Shown here: positions 27,780 through 45,452 of the stretch, piece after piece | Position numbering within the stretch: the first letter of the stretch is position 1 | How the letters are laid out: each line of letters opens with the position of its first letter | Origin: the human T2T-CHM13v2.0 reference genome, Homo sapiens | Length of the DNA stretch: 64,000 bases | Assembly (NCBI RefSeq): GCF_009914755.1 | Contig: NC_060928.1 | Reading direction: 5' to 3' (one strand) | The notes under the pieces: generated by a model | What the model saw: only the letters and a program-made list of their open reading frames with translations | Databases searched by the model: none | Told to the model about the DNA's origin: nothing | Program-made: the position numbers and the translations under genes

Positions 27780-28246
27780 ATCTTTGCTCTGCATCATAGC
27801 CAGGCTCTCTAACCTCAGAACTCATGTTTTCCCGTCACATTGGTCCTTTTTTTTTTTTTTTTTAATTTTCCTAGTTCTTCCTTAATTTTGTCTTGCCATG
27901 TCGCACCCGGGTATCTTTATAAATGCTACTTGCTCAAGTTGAAACCTATCCTCCTCTTCTCCTCTCCTTTGTCTACCAAGACATCTCAAATCAAGCTGAT
28001 TTCATTTTTTAGTACTCAGTGTCCTTCCAAGTGCTGCGTTCTCTTGTTCCCAAGGGACTCAGTGCTTACCTCTATTTTTCTACTTAAGTTTTTATTTTAG
28101 TGATTTGATTGCTTGTAAGTTTTCTGCATGGGACTAAAAGCTCCTCAAAGGCAGAGACTGTTCTTTTACAACTTGGCATCCTTAGAGCTGGCCAGAACTC
28201 CCAGTACATAGTAAATGCTCATTAACTGATAAATGAATGAATGAAC
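27780..28246 (+). mobile_element. L2 fragment with 3' end
   Basis: gactaaaagctcctcaaaggcagagactg...catagtaaatgctcattaactgataaatgaatgaatgaa. Confidence 0.75.
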
Positions 28247-29544
28247 AAAGCTTGGAAGCAGGCAACCTCTAATCGCAATGGTAAAATGAATAAAACAGAA
28301 GCAACCTTACATTTATCTCTATTTAATTGTTTTATAACTATAGCAGTATTATAATATTTTTATCATAATTCTACAAAAAGGACAGGAATTATAGATTTTT
28401 CATAATGTTTTTCCCAGTGCCAAGTATTCTACTGGGGCCCAATGTGTAATTAGCAATGCTTGCAATAATGAACTAAGCTGGCCAATATATATTTTTTTCC
28501 TTCCAATTAATTCACTCTCCCTAGTTTGCCTTGCAAACCCAGCTGCTGAGAGACGCTCTGATGGTTATGGGGTTAAAGAGGGAATGGTCATAATTTTTAT
28601 TTAGTGTTTTCCATATAAATGCACCTCATTATCTGCTGTACCTCATTATATATGATCTATTTTATGACCATTTAGTTCTCCTTAGCAGTTCTGTTTTTAT
28701 TCTGTTATGCTTGCTGTCTAAACTCTCAACTTTATGACTCCATTACCCCCGCTCTCTGCTGCCTGCTGCCCCACTCCCACTGCTGAGGTGGATAATGTAA
28801 GCTTTGCTGTTGCCAGGCCACATTCCTAATAAATTCCTCACCTACATACAGGCAGCCTCATAGGACACAGTGGCTGGGTGTCATGCTTTCCTATCACAAG
28901 GCTAGACTCTCATTAGATACTTGTGAGAGAAATTACCACTGAGGCGTCTTCAGGCACAATAGCATTAATGAAGTTTGGAAATGACTCCCACAGATGTTTG
29001 ACGCTCAATCAATCCTACTTAATTTAATTATACTCCTGAATGAAAGACAAAAGGGATGCTCTTGTAGTCCATCCCTTGCTTTTTCCTTTCTCATCCGCTT
29101 TTTCCCCCTTCTGATTTACTTAATCCTTGCTGAGAAATGTCAATGTAATTAACTCAAGTTATAGTTATTTACAAGTGGACTTTGTTATAATACCTTGTAT
29201 CATTTTCCACTTCTCTTCCCCTACCAAACTGCAAGTACATGAGAACTCTCTATGTAAATAGAGTGGTGGAGTGGGGAGAAATTGTGCTCTTAGAACCCTG
29301 ACAACTCATCCACTTCTTGCGTCTCTGTAATTAAGGGCACTGATGACACTGGCATGAACAACCTTATGTCTTGAAATTCTGTTCACCAAGAAATTTTCAA
29401 GGCTTATTCTTGAAGTTAAACAGATACTGGATTTTTTTTTTACCAGTCTCAAAATGGTAGGATTACCTAATAAAGTACCAAAATTAAAACAGCAACTTAC
29501 GCTACATGGCACTTTCTTTGTTACAAAGTCCATTCACTTATGTA

Positions 29545-29720
29545 AGCTTTTTAAAATCCTCACAGTGGCTTAGGAGGATCGATACAATTGCCATTTCAGA
29601 GATCAGAGACTTAAGGTAAAGAGAGGTTAGGTAATTATACCTGTCCAAGATTTTACAGTCAGTAAACAGTGACCCTAAAACTTTGACTTTCATTCCTTCA
29701 TTCATTTGAGTAATAATTAT
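29545..29720 (-). mobile_element. MIR fragment
   Basis: ttaaaatcctcacag...agaggttaggtaattatacctgtccaagattttacagtcagtaa. Confidence 0.6.
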
Positions 29721-29949
29721 TGCCACTAAACCTGTACGAAGCACTAGGCCTGGTGTTAAAAAAGTTGGCAGATAAGATGACCACAATATCGTGTGGCGCT
29801 GCTTGGAGAGAGGCATGTGAAGGAGGCAATGGAAGTGATCGGAGGAAACTGACTAGGGCTGTGTGCCAGGTAGTGGCGCAAGTAGAACCAAGGGATTCCA
29901 AGGTGCCTGGAATTTATATTGAAGAAAAAGGGAATCAGGGATGGACTTT

Positions 29950-30240
29950 TTTCCCCCTGGTGATTAATGGGATCAGTTTGATTTTACAGAGGTAAGCTAG
30001 CTTTACTATGGGCCATGTCCAGAATGCCTCCCAGGGTGGATACAGCTGCCCCACACCAGCATTGCAAATGCAAATGCATGAAGAGAAACAGAATTGGGAG
30101 AGAAGATTATAATTTCCATGGTGAACTTAACTTTCTTACCTGTGGGACATCCAGGAGGATATACTGGTCTGTAACTCAGTAGGAAAATCTGAGCTGGAGA
30201 TATGCTTTGAGAGGTCTCAGTGTGGAAATGGGGCTTAATG
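29950..30240 (-). mobile_element. L2 fragment
   Basis: ctgtgggacatccaggaggatat...aatctgagctggagatat. Confidence 0.6.
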
Positions 30241-31169
30241 CGTACTTTCACTGTTCTTCAATACCTCACAACTTACCCAGGATTGATCTTCTTTGGGCAA
30301 ATATCTATTTCCCAAGTGAGCTACAGAGTTTTTTTTATTTGCAGTCCAGATTTTTAAAGTGCTCCCACTCTGCAGAGGATGGAGGAATGGGTCACATGTT
30401 ATCTCATGATATTTATCTAAGTCATTTGTTTATTATTTCATGATATTTTATTGTAATCATTTGTTTACATGCCTATCTTTTCTACTAGAGTGTAAGCTCC
30501 ACACTCCATACCATTGTCTTTCTCAACTTCAGCTTATAGCAGATGTTGTTGTATTGAATTGGAATATTTTACTTCTTTGAAGTTTCTTTTTAAATCCTCC
30601 AATATTTTCTAGGTTCAAATACATCATGGTTAGCTCCATAATGTCAGGATATAACCCTCTTGCTGGTTTCACTTTCCAGTGTTCTCTAGAGTAAGGTAAC
30701 AGAGAAGGGATGTGTGTTTCTATACATGGACTGAACCTTGCAGATGCTGCCTCTCAGATCTGCTGGCTCACTCATTTGCAAGCTCTCCAGTCTTTGGCAA
30801 AGGCACTTAACCGACCTTAATTTTCTTTTTTCCTAATGCAAGAATAAAAACATCATTGTTACAACACTTTTAATTAATTAAATAAACATTTATTGGATAC
30901 CTATTATGTATCAGGAACTGTAATGGGAGGTAGATTAGAATACCTGTCTCCTCCAGTCTCCTATGAATCTACAAATGCTTTCTTATCTTGTCACTCAGCA
31001 CCTATTAGGAAGGCAGCCTAAAGAGCAGAGCTTCCCTCTTCGTAGAGGTGGACAGCTTGAGACAACTTTTGACTGATATGGGGAGACCAGCGAAATCACT
31101 TGTGCTGCCATAAATTTCTTTAGTAAACTGTTCTATTTTACTATCACTGCAGTTACCTTGTGGAATGAG

Positions 31170-31640
31170 CCAAAAAGTCTAGATAAAGGATTTTGAACCT
31201 TTGTTCCTCCTATGAACAAAGGAAAGGCTTTGTGGAATTTTAAGACAGTAAGAGAAATGCTCAGACTTACTTTTTAACAAGGCCCCATAGCCTACAGAAT
31301 GGATGAGAGGAGGATGAGATTTAATGCAAAGAGATAAAGTAGAAAGTACTGTAGCTTTCCAGTGAAAGTTTACAGTGGATTTGACTAAGGTGATGGCAAA
31401 GATAGAGGAAAGGTGTTCATGTAATACTTGGGAGAAGGAACTCAATGTATTTGGAGACAGCTTGGATATAGGCAGGGGTTAAGCGAAAAGGAATCATTCA
31501 AAGATGCTACTCTGGAGTAATTGGGTGGTTGTATACCTATTTATTGAAACAGACAGCACAGAAAGAAGAGCAAGTTTGACTTGGACATGATCACATTTAT
31601 GTTCCTGTGATACGCGGAGATGGAAATGTTAAGTACTCAA
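31170..31640 (-). mobile_element. L2 fragment
   Basis: aaggattttgaacctttgttcc...ggaattttaagacagtaagagaaatgctcagacttactttt; gagtaattgggtggttg. Confidence 0.7.
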
Positions 31641-32591
31641 GGTTTAAGGGTCTGGGTTACCTTTGTGATTTTCCAGGATGCTATAAAGCCAGTACTATTG
31701 TTTGGACAGTGTGATGAACTGATGAAGCATGAGAAGGAACCGGCACCCAAGAAGAGGGCCAAAGCCTTGTGGGCTGCTAATTTCAATCCTTCTATTGCTC
31801 TTTCTTGGGAAGATGGACCAAGAAGTGTTATCAAGTGCATGCCTAACTCCTAGATTGGGACTGCTAGATTGGGAATGGGCCTTACCAGCTCAGGTTTTCC
31901 ACCTTCAAAATACAAGGGAAAAGATGAGAATTCTAACTTGGATAATCCAGAATTCCAGTAGGAGAATAAGGGCCAAATCTGGAGAGAAATAAGCCATTTG
32001 GTTTTATCAGTGCTAAATACAATTAATATTTGGGCACCTTGTGCCACACACACAACTCTGTGGTGTAGCAATATCTTACCTATCCTGCAGAAAAGATTTC
32101 TTGTAATTTCCTTCTCCTTTTCATTGCCATATGTTTTACAAACCTCTTGTCTTTAATAGAGAAACTGCAGATGAAACACTCTTCCTTAGGTGTTTGATTA
32201 TTATATTTTGGCCATTCCTAATCATCTCATTTGTAGAAAATGACTAATTTTAGAAGGTAAATGTGCAACCAAATGTTAAAAATAGTGATAATTACTCCTC
32301 TCGTGTAGAAGTAAAGCCCCATCTATTCTGAAAATTGAGTGAAATTACACAGTGGCATCAGGGGACAAATCTGTTTTATTTATAAATCAAAAGTTGATAG
32401 GTAAGCCTTTAGCACCTGCATTGACTATTATGATGTATGACTTAGTGGCTGAGCACTGGGCTATTACTTTATTGTCACATTTGCTGGCACAATCAGGACT
32501 ACTCTTACTTTTGGAGAGAAATAAAGCACAAGTATGAGACTGAGGAGATTGATTAAAATATTGGAAATAATAATAATAACTTGAATGGGGC

Positions 32592-32970
32592 ATGCAGTAG
32601 ATTACAATGGCCTCAGTTTCTCATTCTTCTTTGTAACCACACCTTTTGCCATGTGGCTTTGCATTTTCTTCCTACCCTTATACGAGTTTGTTCATATGAT
32701 TTGCTTTGATCAATTGCATGTAAGCAGGTGTGACATGGCCAAAAGCTTGAAAAATGCTTGCTTAATTGGACTTGCTATACTCTGGACTCACCATGAGAAG
32801 AACATGTCTTGGTTAGTCCTGTAGTCCCAGGGGGATGAGGGATAGGAGGGCAGAGCCAGACCACACCTGAGAAGCCCAGTTAGGAGCAGCCACTCCTCTG
32901 ATGATCTTCAGCCACTGAATTCTGGTGTGGTTTATGATGCAGTAATGAAGTGACATTAGATAACTAATAT
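32592..32970 (+). mobile_element. MLT1H/G-like LTR
   Basis: tgcagtagattacaatggcc start, ctttgccatgtggctttgca, end tagataactaata. Confidence 0.7.
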
Positions 32971-33019
32971 GGGGAATTGCAGACTGAAGAGAAAGATCCT
33001 AGCTAATGTTAGCATCCGG

Positions 33020-33132
33020 GGGGAAATGAGAGTGAGAGAGAGGGGGAGAAAGAGAGAGGGACAAACACAAACACACACACAAACAGAGGTGAGGAGGGTG
33101 GAGAGAAAGAGAAGAAAGAGAAAGATAGAGAC
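33020..33132. repeat. GA/CA-rich low-complexity tract
   Basis: gagagtgagagagagggggagaaagagagaggg...acacacacac. Confidence 0.8.
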
Positions 33133-33351
33133 ATTGATATATGATTAAAAAGTAATTCAGTACATGAGAAAACAATTGTTTTGAGGTTAACTGACAACAC
33201 TGAGATAAGTCAAAGGCTTGGCACATAGGGAATGAAAACATGCATGTATCTAGACAAAAAAAAATTCAAGAGGATTGCAAGAGGATTCTATCCCTTTTAA
33301 GGCAAATCTTCTTCTCTTTCCCTGACCACTCTCTCACGTCAGCCCCTGAGA

Positions 33352-33570
33352 CAGTTGTTATCCAGGGGTAATTTTGCTCCCCCCACCATGAGACAGTTGG
33401 CAATGACTGGAGACAGTTTTGATTGTCATGACTTGGAGGAGTCAGTGCTACTGGCCTCTAGTGGATAGAGGCCAGATGCTGCCAAACATCCTGCAAAGTG
33501 TAGGACTGCCCTCCTCCAACAAAGAATTATCTAGTTCAAAAGTCAACAGTGCCAAGCTTGAGAAACCTTG
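33352..33570 (+). mobile_element. MER20 hAT-Charlie element
   Basis: ggggtaattttgctcccc...ttggcaatgactggagacagttttgattgtcatgact...gagaaaccttg; about 219 bp. Confidence 0.92.
33451..33464 (-). promoter_or_regulatory. CTCF-like motif within MER20
   Basis: Reverse complement CCACTAGAGGCCAG is one mismatch from the CTCF core CCACTAGAGGGCAG; MER20 is a known CTCF-site carrier. Confidence 0.4.
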
Positions 33571-33659
33571 ACATAATATGTAACTTATGAAGCCTGACTC
33601 TATGAAATTCCAGAAGCTTATATCTAGCAATAAAGAGGACTGAGCATAAGTCAGATAGT

Positions 33660-34280
33660 ATTTAATTTTTGAGGACCTAGAATGCACCAAACACAGAAGT
33701 ATGGATACAAAGCACTACAGATACAAAGATGAGAAATTGCTATTCTTGTCTCCATGGAATATGTAGAGTAAGATAATAGGAGAAACAGAGAGAAATAATT
33801 TAAGAATTTTTATAAATAAACATAAAATTACAAACTGCTATGAAGGAAAAACATCTGGGCACTTATGAAAGGAATTTAACTTAGGTAGACTAGAGAAGGT
33901 TTTAAAAACAGGTAGCATTTCAACTGGTACCTGAAGGAAGAGTTGGCATTCACTATGTAAGAAAGGGTGGGAAAGCCAGTCAGGGAGAGGGGCAGCATCC
34001 GCAAAGGCCCTATAACTACAGGGCACCCAGTACCTTTGAGGATCTGGAGGCAAATCAGTGTGGCTGAACTTCCTAAAACAAGGGCAGGTGGCCTGTGCTG
34101 TGGTGGAAGAGGCAACCAGGGGCCATATTATGCAGGGCTTTGTAGGCCTTTTTGGGGATTTAAATCCTTGTTCTAAGAGTAGTAACAAGCCACTGAAGAA
34201 TTTAACAAGGGAATGATGTGATCAGCTTTGTAGTTTGAAGCATGGTTATGACTATGCAGTGGATTGGGATAGGCTTTGCA
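33660..34280 (-). mobile_element. L2 fragment
   Basis: gcagggctttgtaggcc...aagccactgaagaatttaacaagggaatgatgtgatcagctttgtagttt. Confidence 0.8.
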
Positions 34281-34834
34281 GTAGTGGGCAGAGAAACAAC
34301 CAGGCAAAGAAAGATTGCTTGTTTCTATGGATGACCAGAAGTGACAGGCACTTTGGCATTTTGTGCAAAAATGAGGGAAGTCATTTGAGGTGTTTAGAAG
34401 AAAACAGGAAGCTGGAGAAGGGCTGACAAGTGAAGGCAAGTTAGTGAGAACTTCCTAATAACTGAGCAGGTGCTGGATGGGGCTCAGGTTGTAGTAGGTA
34501 ATAGAAGTGGGCCAACCCTTCTTGCTCACAGAAGTCAATGCAGATGCTCCACTTAGTGCTTGTTCTCTCTAGCCTGAAAGTAGTAGCTTGATAACTGGGG
34601 AAACAGAGTCACCCCAAGCCACCCAACTGTCCTGACCATCACTGCACTTAGATAATAGTAGAGGCATTCATTTTACCTAACATCTTTTGCTATCCCCTCC
34701 TTTCTTCTCAGGAGCTCTAAGCACTGGCAATGCTCCCTTATCTCCTTTCTTCCATCGCTTTAGTTAACACATTTTCCATATAATCATCAGGTCAACTTAT
34801 TTTAATAAACAGGTAAGAGCCTACTATGTATGTG

Positions 34835-35070
34835 TCCAAGGTGACATAGCATGAGCTATTGACCAGACGATCTATGTTCAGTGTTTTACTAGCAGCATGA
34901 CTTTGGTAGATTTATTTATTGACTCTAGCCTCAGTTTCTGCATCTTAATATGGGAGTAATAATACTACTACCTCATAGGTTGTTGTGAGGATTGAATTAA
35001 TTAATGTATGTAAGAACATTGCCTTGCAAATAAAAAGCTCTCAATCATAGTTAGCTCTTATAATAATTGC
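34835..35070 (+). mobile_element. MIR SINE
   Basis: agcctcagtttctgcatc...atgggagtaataatactactacctcataggttgttgtgaggattgaatta. Confidence 0.88.
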
Positions 35071-35289
35071 TTGTTAGGCACTGGAGGAAGAAAAGATAAA
35101 TATAAATTATCTCTGTTCCAATGAATGCACAGTTTAGTAGAGGAGACAGGGAGTAAACATATAATTTCAGTAACAGGATTAATGTGACAATAGAAATAGA
35201 TACAACTTGCTCTAGAAGTGCAGAAGAAATGCATCTACCATAGGGGTCTCTAGCCCTAGCCCAGATCATTCTTCTGAGCACTTACCTGT

Positions 35290-35890
35290 GTATCAGTCTG
35301 CTTTGTAGATATCACTACTGAATGTTCCAAAGGAAACCCAGGCAGTATTATTTATCCTGTTGCTGGAGGGAAAAGCTCGAGTGCCTTGAGCTCATTCTAG
35401 TGCCTCCACTATCAATCATCAGGTCTGGCAGCTTCTACCTCCTTAATATCTCTCACAGCCAGCTGCTTCTCTCCATGCTCACTGTCATAAACTTTGTTCA
35501 TAACAACGTCATCTTCCCCTAAATTATTGCAATAGCCCCACCCAATTGCTCTGCCTTCCTCCAATATTGTTTTCTTTATCTTGTCCACACTGCAGGCTGA
35601 GAGATCTTTTCAGAGCACAGAACTGAAAGCATTATTCCCCTAATGAAAATTTAAATGGCTCCCATTTGCTGTAGTATGAAGCCCAGGCTCCTCAGCCAGC
35701 ACAGGATGCTCTTTAGGCATGCAGCCTCTCAGTCTCACCTCCTGTTCTTACTGCCCTCTTTTCAACAGGCACTTCCTACATTCTGAACAGCTTGGCATTC
35801 CATGAATATAGCTCTGCTCTGCCTCTCTCACCTCTGGACCTCTGCAAATGTGCCTCCGATCTTTTTCTCCCTGCTTCGACAGAGACTTTA
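35290..35890 (+). mobile_element. L2 fragment
   Basis: ttctacctccttaatatctctc...ttattgcaatagcc...ccacactgcagg...aatggctcccatt. Confidence 0.75.
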
Positions 35891-37939
35891 ATAGCAACTT
35901 TTTTTTACTAGTTAGGGATCTGGAAACCTGCAAAAAAAGACAAAATGCAGTAACTCACCCATAGCACTTTCATTTCTAAAGAGCATACAGGAGAGACCAT
36001 TTCCTTCTTGTGCCTTCCCTGCCATTTACTCTTTTCCTTTTGGTGTGGGTGTGGGGACCCAATCACTTGAACGAATAACGTTTGAAATTTACACATGATA
36101 ATAGATTTTAAAGTAAATATGAAAGATCTACAGTATAACAGAATTTTAGTTCATTAAATTTTTTTAAGTTGTAGGAAAGATATAAGACGTGCTTCAAATT
36201 TGTATTTTTTATTTTGAAAATATTGTGCTAATAAATTTGAAAGGCACGCTATTAAAGATTTGAGCAAAAGTGCAATTACTGTATTCTATCTGAAAGAGCA
36301 GAGAGTATAAATGCCAGTCATTCTTTATTAATCCACCCTTTGATGATCTCAAATACAATATCCTTGGACCCATTATCTATGATAATTATGTATACTGTAT
36401 CATGGTTCTCTTTCACATTGGATTATTAATAATCTCTATGACATGCTTATATGACTTTAACTGACTTTTTTGCTTATTTTGTAGAAGCTCTGATGATTAT
36501 TGGTTATTTTGATTTCTAAATATCAAGGTAAACCTGTCTCAAAGCAAACCTACTTTGGAGAATATTTCAGAATACGTTTTAATACATTTTTAAAGAACGG
36601 CAATACCAAGAAGCTTGACTTTTATTTTTTGGACTTAACCCAATGGTCTGATTGGATTTATTGATCAGGACTTTTGATAAAATAATATTAAATCACACTA
36701 CTACTTTAAATTTTGATGAAATGCTTAATTGAAAAAAATAAAGTACCTGAAAATAAATGCTAAAACTCCTCTATGGGTCAGAAATCTAGTTAATGAGAAC
36801 CAGAGTCCTTTCTCTAAAGGACAGTTATCCTTAAGTAGCTTAGCTAAGTAATGATCATGGGAATAATACACTGGCCTATGAAAAAAGAGTTAATTGCATT
36901 TTCTCTCCAACTGAGCAGATACACATATCATAAAATCTACCACTGTACTTTTTTTTTTGGTGTTCAATGATATACCTCGGTTAAAAATCTTTTATGACCT
37001 CTGTTTGGATGTGATCATTGATAATTAGTCTCATATTTATATTGTCATGCAATTATTTGGAATTGCTTCCAAGGATTGTTCTTCATGCCATAATTATATT
37101 TTGGGCATGTTACAAGAATATAAGTCTAATAAAACTTTAGTAAATCATAGAAGTTATGTTTTAATAGTCATGTAACCCAGATGGCCAAGGGAAGATATGA
37201 TAGCTTTGTCTAATTGCTCTTGGGAATGAAGTATCTGGGACACAAGACAGGGACTCTCTGATCTGTAGCTGGAAATAGATGTGTGTTGAGGAAAGGAAAA
37301 TGGGGTCTCCACAGTGGGTTTTATTTAGTTCCCTCTTGAAATAGGACACAGATGATTGGTGATAATATACATTATTTTCCAAAGACCATTCTCTCTCATC
37401 TACATGAGTAATTTGTATTCTTCTGATTACCTGATTATATTTTTTTTGTGAAACAATATTCCCGGCCTTTTGTTAATAGTGCATTTCTCCCTTCTTGCTC
37501 TGCATTGCATTACAAGCTCATACATATTAGCTGAAAACACATGCCACTCTGCCCAAGTAACTTTCCTTTGCCTTAGATTTCTCTCCAGCCCTTACAGAAG
37601 TGTAGGAAAAATTTCAGTTTTTCTTACCACAATAAAAAGAAATACAGAAAAAAGAGGGGGAATAATAAGAAGAATTTTCTTTCCCCATGCAATTTGCCTC
37701 TACCCTCTCTAGCTGTTAACCACATTTTCATTTGTGTTTACTATTATAACATCAGTTCATTTCAATTACAATTATTATCATGCTGAATACTGTATTTTAC
37801 TATTTTTTGAACATTCAGTGTTTGGCATAGCACTTAGTATATATTAGATACCCAACAATTTTTTTTTGACTGAACATCCAAGGTATCCTTGGAACCAGAA
37901 ATATTATTGGCACTCAAGAAATACCTTAAAAATAAGAAA

Positions 37940-38228
37940 AATAACAACAGCTCATTTTTCAGCTCTTAGCATGTGCCAGGCACTGTGCTAAACATTTTAC
38001 ATAGATTTTCTCATTTAAATCTCATTAACACCTCTATGAGTTGGGTACCATACCCACTCCAGTTTGCAGATAAAGAGAATGAAGCATAAAAAAAAAGAAA
38101 GAAGCAATAAAAAAATTAAAAAGTTAAAAAAAGAAACTGAAGCATGGAGAGCTAAAGAGACTTCCTCCAAGTCATTCAGCTTGTAAGTGGTTGAGATTGG
38201 AGCTCCAGTGCCCATACTCTTAATCTCT
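37940..38228 (-). mobile_element. MIR SINE with internal A-rich expansion
   Basis: catgtgccaggcactgtgctaaacattttacatagattttctcatttaaatctc...gaaactgaagcatggagagctaa. Confidence 0.88.
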
Positions 38229-40555
38229 TTTCCAGATAAATGGGGAGATGTAAATAATTGTAATACTATGAGTAATTACAACGATGGATCTATGTACTTG
38301 GCTCATTTGTGGCACAGAAGATAAATGATCAGATTTACTTGAACAGTCAGGGAAGGTTTCCCAGAAAGGGTGAAAAATATTGGTGGGCATATACCATGGT
38401 GAGAGTGTTTGACCGAGTTCTCTTTTTGATGTTGTTCCCACATTTCAGTAAATTAGGCTAACCTTGTACAAACCATCACCAAACTCACTTGTTTCTGTTT
38501 CTTTATCTGTAAAAAGTGATTACTAGATTAGATGATGCCTCATCTTAAATATTTTGATTGAAAATAAATCATTTTACTAGAGTATGTGCCTTGCATACAA
38601 TCTTGGCTCATAAACATCTATTGAATTTATTTGAAATAGAGAAAGTACATCCAGTGGTATTGTGCTGAAGCTAAAACCATCATCTGTCTAGACTATTATT
38701 CTTTCGTTATCTTACATAGTTGTTGCACATTAGTGGAACTTGCCTGTAATATTTCCTCTTCTGAAATTACCAAACAAAAGAACATCATAATTTATTGTTG
38801 TTGAACTCCAAACTTAGTGGTTTAATATTTACTATTGTTCTTTCATTTCCAAGGTGTGCCTTACACTGGGGATTTGATATGATCATAATCTATCACTCCT
38901 GCACTTGATAAACTGAGAATAATCTCTAAGAAAGCTGGCTACACTGTATATCATTGATATGTATTAATGATGTATGAGTATGCATTCTCATAGGAGTATT
39001 TATATATATTTTCTCATAGGAAAATATGTATGAGTATATTCTCATAAGAGAGAATAAACTATGAACCCTGATTCAATGTCAGAAAGTGAATTTTCAGAGG
39101 GCTGTATGTAATCCATCTTTTTACCTTTAGGATATGAGGCCAGTCTCTTATCTATATCATCTTGGTGACAGGAAATACCATTATCTCTTAAACTACCTTT
39201 GGAGAATAGCCATGATCCTCAGATTCCAGTAGAAAAAAACTCATATTTGAGATGTTCTGGATGACAATAAACAGTTTTCACTGGGAAATGTGTAGTTTAT
39301 ACTTGAGCTTCAGGGACCTATGTATATGTGCATCTATATATTTTTCTAAGGAATAGATTCTTAGATTTCATTAACCATTCAAAGGGATCACTAACTACCC
39401 CTTCCTCCAAATGTTACGAAAAATAAAATTAGCCTGTGGTGGGCATATTTGAAATGCTGCTTTTCAGTTCTGTAACTTGGTGCAGAGTAAAGAATGCTTA
39501 ATTAGGATTGAGGAAATCTGAATGAACCTCAATTTTATAATATAGAAAAGAGTAAAGATGGTAATAGATGACTTCTATGAAGGCTTGTAGCTCAGATGTT
39601 TTTATATTTTACAACTCTAGTCACTGGTCTCCAATAAACTTGTTGAACCTTGTGTGTGTGAGTCTTCACTTCAAGCAAGTCTCTACTGTTACGTAAAGTT
39701 CAACATCAGGTCCTCTATGAGCCCCTGATCATTATCCTCCAGACTTAAATAGTAAGTTATTTGTAAACTTATACTTCTGTAGGTAAGCTTTAATTTTTCC
39801 CATGTATCCTTCAGTTGAAGAGAGTGTATTTCTGACTACCTTATTCTATCATAAGCATTTTGAATTCTCAAACTTATTTTCATAGTACTGAATTTTGTGT
39901 AGAGCAGTGGTTCTCAAAATGTGATTTAGTTACTCATGAAAGTCTCAGTGATATTTTGGCGGTGGAGGTGAGGCCTGTGAGGTCAAAACTATCTTCATAA
40001 AATCTTTTTTCCTTCAGTTCACTCATTCTCTCACAAGTATAAAGTAGAGTTTATACCCAACAAATGGAATGCAGAAGCAACTGTCAGGATCCAATTGTCA
40101 TTTATTAAGCCACACATTAAGGAGATCTAAAAATATATAAACTGATGCTACTGTTTTAAGTAATTTTTTTGGGAAAATATGTTATTTTTCATAAAACATA
40201 AAATTTATATTGATATGTGATGGTTTCATTATTTTTGTAAAAAATTAATAAATATTAAAAATATTCTCAGTTTTAAGTTTGGATGTAAATATCTACAAAT
40301 AAAATCCACATAAACAAAAGCTTTTTGGGGTTCTCAGTAGCTTTTTTTAATTATTATACTTTAAGTTGTAGGTTATGTGTGCACAATGTGCAGGTTTGCT
40401 ACATATGTATACATGTGCCATGTTGGTGTGCTGCACCCATTAACTTGTCATTTACATTAGGTATATCTCCTAATGCTATCCCCCCACTTCCCCCGACCCC
40501 ACAACAGGCCCTGGTGAGTGATGTTCCCCTTCCTGTGTCCAGGTGTTCTCATTGT

Positions 40556-44380
<3,825 letters not shown>

Positions 44381-44443
44381 TATGATATTAGCTGGTTATT
44401 TTGCTCGTTAGTTGATGCAGTTGCTTCCTAGCATTGACGGTCT

Positions 44444-45452
44444 TTACAATTGGGCATGTTTTTGCAGTAACTGGTACCGGTTGTTCCTTTCCATGTTTAG
44501 TGCTTCCTTTAGGAGCTCTTTTTGGGCAGGCCTGGCGGTGACAAAATCTCTCAGCATTTGCTTGTCTGTAAAGGATTTTATTTTTCCTTCAGTATGAAGC
44601 TTAGTTTGGCCGGATATGAAATTCTGGGTTGAAAATTCTTTTCTTTAAGAATGTTGAATATTGGCCCCCACTCTCTTCTGGCTTGTAGAGTTTCTGCTGA
44701 GAGATCAGCTATTAGTCTGATGGGCTTCCCTTTGTGAGTAACCCGACATTTCTCTCTGGCTGCCCTTAACATTTTTTCCTCATTTCAACTTTGGTGAATC
44801 TGACTATTATGTGTCTTGGGGTTGCTCTTCTCGAGGAGTATATTTGTGGCATTCTCTGTATTTCCTGAATTTGAATATTGGCCTGCCTTGCTAGGTTGGA
44901 GAACTTCTGGACAATATCCTGCAGAGTGTTTTCCAACTTGGTTCCATTCTCCCCCTCACTTTCAGGTACAGCAATCAGACGTAGATTTGGTCTTTTCACG
45001 TAGTCCCACATTTCTTGGGGGCTTTGTTCATTTCTTTTTATTCTTTTTTCTCTAAACTTCTAGCCTCATTTCACTCATTTGATCTTCAATCACTGATACC
45101 CTTTCTTCCAGTTGATTGAATTGGCTACTGAGGCTTGTGTATTCGTCACGTAGTTCTCATGCCATGGTTGTCAGCTCCATCATGTCATTTAAGGACTTCT
45201 CTACATTGGTTATTCTAGTTAGTCATTTGTCTATTTTTTTTTTTCAAGGTTTTTAACTTCTTTTCGATGGGTTCGAACTTCCTCCTTTAGCTTGGAGAAG
45301 TTTGATCGTCTGAAGCCTTCTTCTCTCAACTCTTCAAAGTCATTCTCCGTCCAGCTTTGTTTCATTGCTGGTGAGGACCTGCGTTCCTTTGGAGGAGGAG
45401 AGGCACTCTGATTTTTAGAATATTCAGTTTTTCTGATCTGTTTTTTCCCCAT
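44444..45452 (-). pseudogene. L1 ORF1 (p40), disrupted
   Basis: MGKKQ start at 45452; fragments WDYVKRPNLRLI and ARREWGPIFNILKEKNFQPRISYPAKLSF lie in different frames. Confidence 0.95.

Noticed and set aside
38970-39050. Degenerate tatgagtatattctcata self-complementary repeats
   Set aside because: Short low-complexity slippage product with no further structure.
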